In this document: positions 43,561 to 44,026 of the stretch, piece by piece | Layout of the letters: every line of letters starts with the position of its first letter | Numbering within the stretch: position 1 is the first letter of the stretch | IMG/VR virus record: IMGVR_UViG_3300037466_003019 | Length of the DNA stretch: 44,026 nucleotides | From: a virus | Direction: 5' to 3' (one strand) | Program-made: the position numbers and the translations under genes | The notes under the pieces: generated by a model | Seen by the model: the letters and a program-made list of their open reading frames with translations, nothing else | Databases searched by the model: none | What the model was told of the DNA's origin: nothing

Positions 43561-43878
43561 ATGCGCACGTGCCCACGCTGCCAGCAGACCACCGCCAGCA
43601 CCTGGTGCTGCGGCCTGGACCTGACCGCCCGCAAGCGCTGGCGGATGACGCGTGATCGCGTGCGCCTGATCCACGTGCTGGCGCTGGCGCGCAAGGGACT
43701 CACCGACGAGCAATACCGGCTGCGCCTGGGCGCGGTGGGCGTCGATTCCAGCCTGAAGTTGTCGCGGGACCAGTTCCACGCGCTACTGCGCGGGCTTCGC
43801 GCGCTTCCGGACTCGCCCAGCTGGCTGAGTGGCGCCCGCCATGCCCGCCGGCGCGGGCGCATCGCGAGGGCGGGCTGA
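43561..43878 (+). CDS. GemA/Mu gp16-like (DUF1018-like) regulatory protein
   Basis: RVRLIHVLALARKGLTDEQYRLRLGAVGVDSSLKLSRDQFHALLRGLRAL. Confidence 0.55.
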   Translation: MRTCPRCQQTTASTWCCGLDLTARKRWRMTRDRVRLIHVLALARKGLTDEQYRLRLGAVGVDSSLKLSRDQFHALLRGLRALPDSPSWLSGARHARRRGRIARAG

Positions 43879-44026
43879 GCCATGGCGCGGATGCTTCGCT
43901 ATGGCCGCCCGCAGGTGCTCAATGTCGGCACCCAGGTAGCACGCCGTGCTCTCCAGCGCACTGTGCCCGAGCATCTGCATGATGGCGGGCAGGGGACAGC
44001 CGTGGTGGAGCAGGGTGGTGGCCATG
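43783..44026 (-). CDS. int: Tyrosine integrase, C-terminal part (continuation of the 1-953 fragment; 43901-44026 duplicates 1-126)
   Basis: HLLRASMATTLLHHGCPLPAIMQMLGHSALESTACYLG gives H-x-x-R, H and the catalytic Y. The stop is at 43783. Confidence 0.85.
   Translation of the reverse strand, partial: MATTLLHHGCPLPAIMQMLGHSALESTACYLGADIEHLRAAIAKHPRHGSARPRDAPAPAGMAGATQPAGRVRKRAKPAQ
43901..44026. repeat. Terminal direct repeat, copy 2 (identical to 1-126)
   Basis: Same 126 nt as the window start. Confidence 0.97.

Larger units (their letters stand above)
1..44026. mobile_element. Complete temperate phage genome (siphovirus-like, lambdoid gene order), circular contig with 126-nt end overlap
   Basis: Full set of replication, packaging, head, tail, lysis and lysogeny modules. 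The window ends are identical over 126 nt. Confidence 0.85.

Overview
This GC-rich 44,026-nt window is a complete, circularly closed temperate siphovirus-like phage genome. Bases 1-126 recur exactly at 43901-44026, inside an integrase gene, so the unique length is 43,900 bp.

Nearly all genes are on the + strand, and many starts overlap the previous stop (ATGA/GTGA/TGATG). Gene order is:
- lambda O/P-like replication genes with an ori-like iteron/hairpin cluster, then a second tyrosine recombinase and a Mor-like activator;
- terS-like and terL genes, a PD-(D/E)xK nuclease-like insert, and a portal-MuF fusion;
- prohead protease/scaffold, decoration protein, major capsid and connector genes;
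- tail tube, a G/GT chaperone with a -1 slippery site, tape measure, lambda M/L/K/I-J-like tip genes and an FN3 tail fibre;
- a GH108 endolysin, two holin-like genes and overlapped spanins;
- a divergent CI/Cro-type switch, with a lipoprotein downstream of the repressor and a serine recombinase coupled to the Cro-like gene;
- an early region with HTH proteins, a third tyrosine recombinase, DUF1643 and RdgC.

The main system is a diversity-generating retroelement (DGR) at about 38.86-42.14 kb. It has three small DUF1566/C-type-lectin-fold target genes, each ending in a 115-bp variable repeat (VR). These are followed by avd, a 115-bp template repeat (TR) with 22 adenines (10 AAC codons), and a DGR-type reverse transcriptase. 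A MazG-like gene is ATGA-coupled downstream. Of 37 TR/VR mismatches, 36 fall on TR adenines. Two of the targets form a 471-bp tandem duplication that differs only inside the VR, which implies recent mutagenic homing.

Other points worth a second look:
- homologous Hint (intein-like) domains at the C-termini of two consecutive tail proteins;
- a conserved ~30-bp motif upstream of three late-gene blocks;
- four recombinases in one 44-kb genome.

All functional calls come from reading the translations for motifs; no database search was possible.
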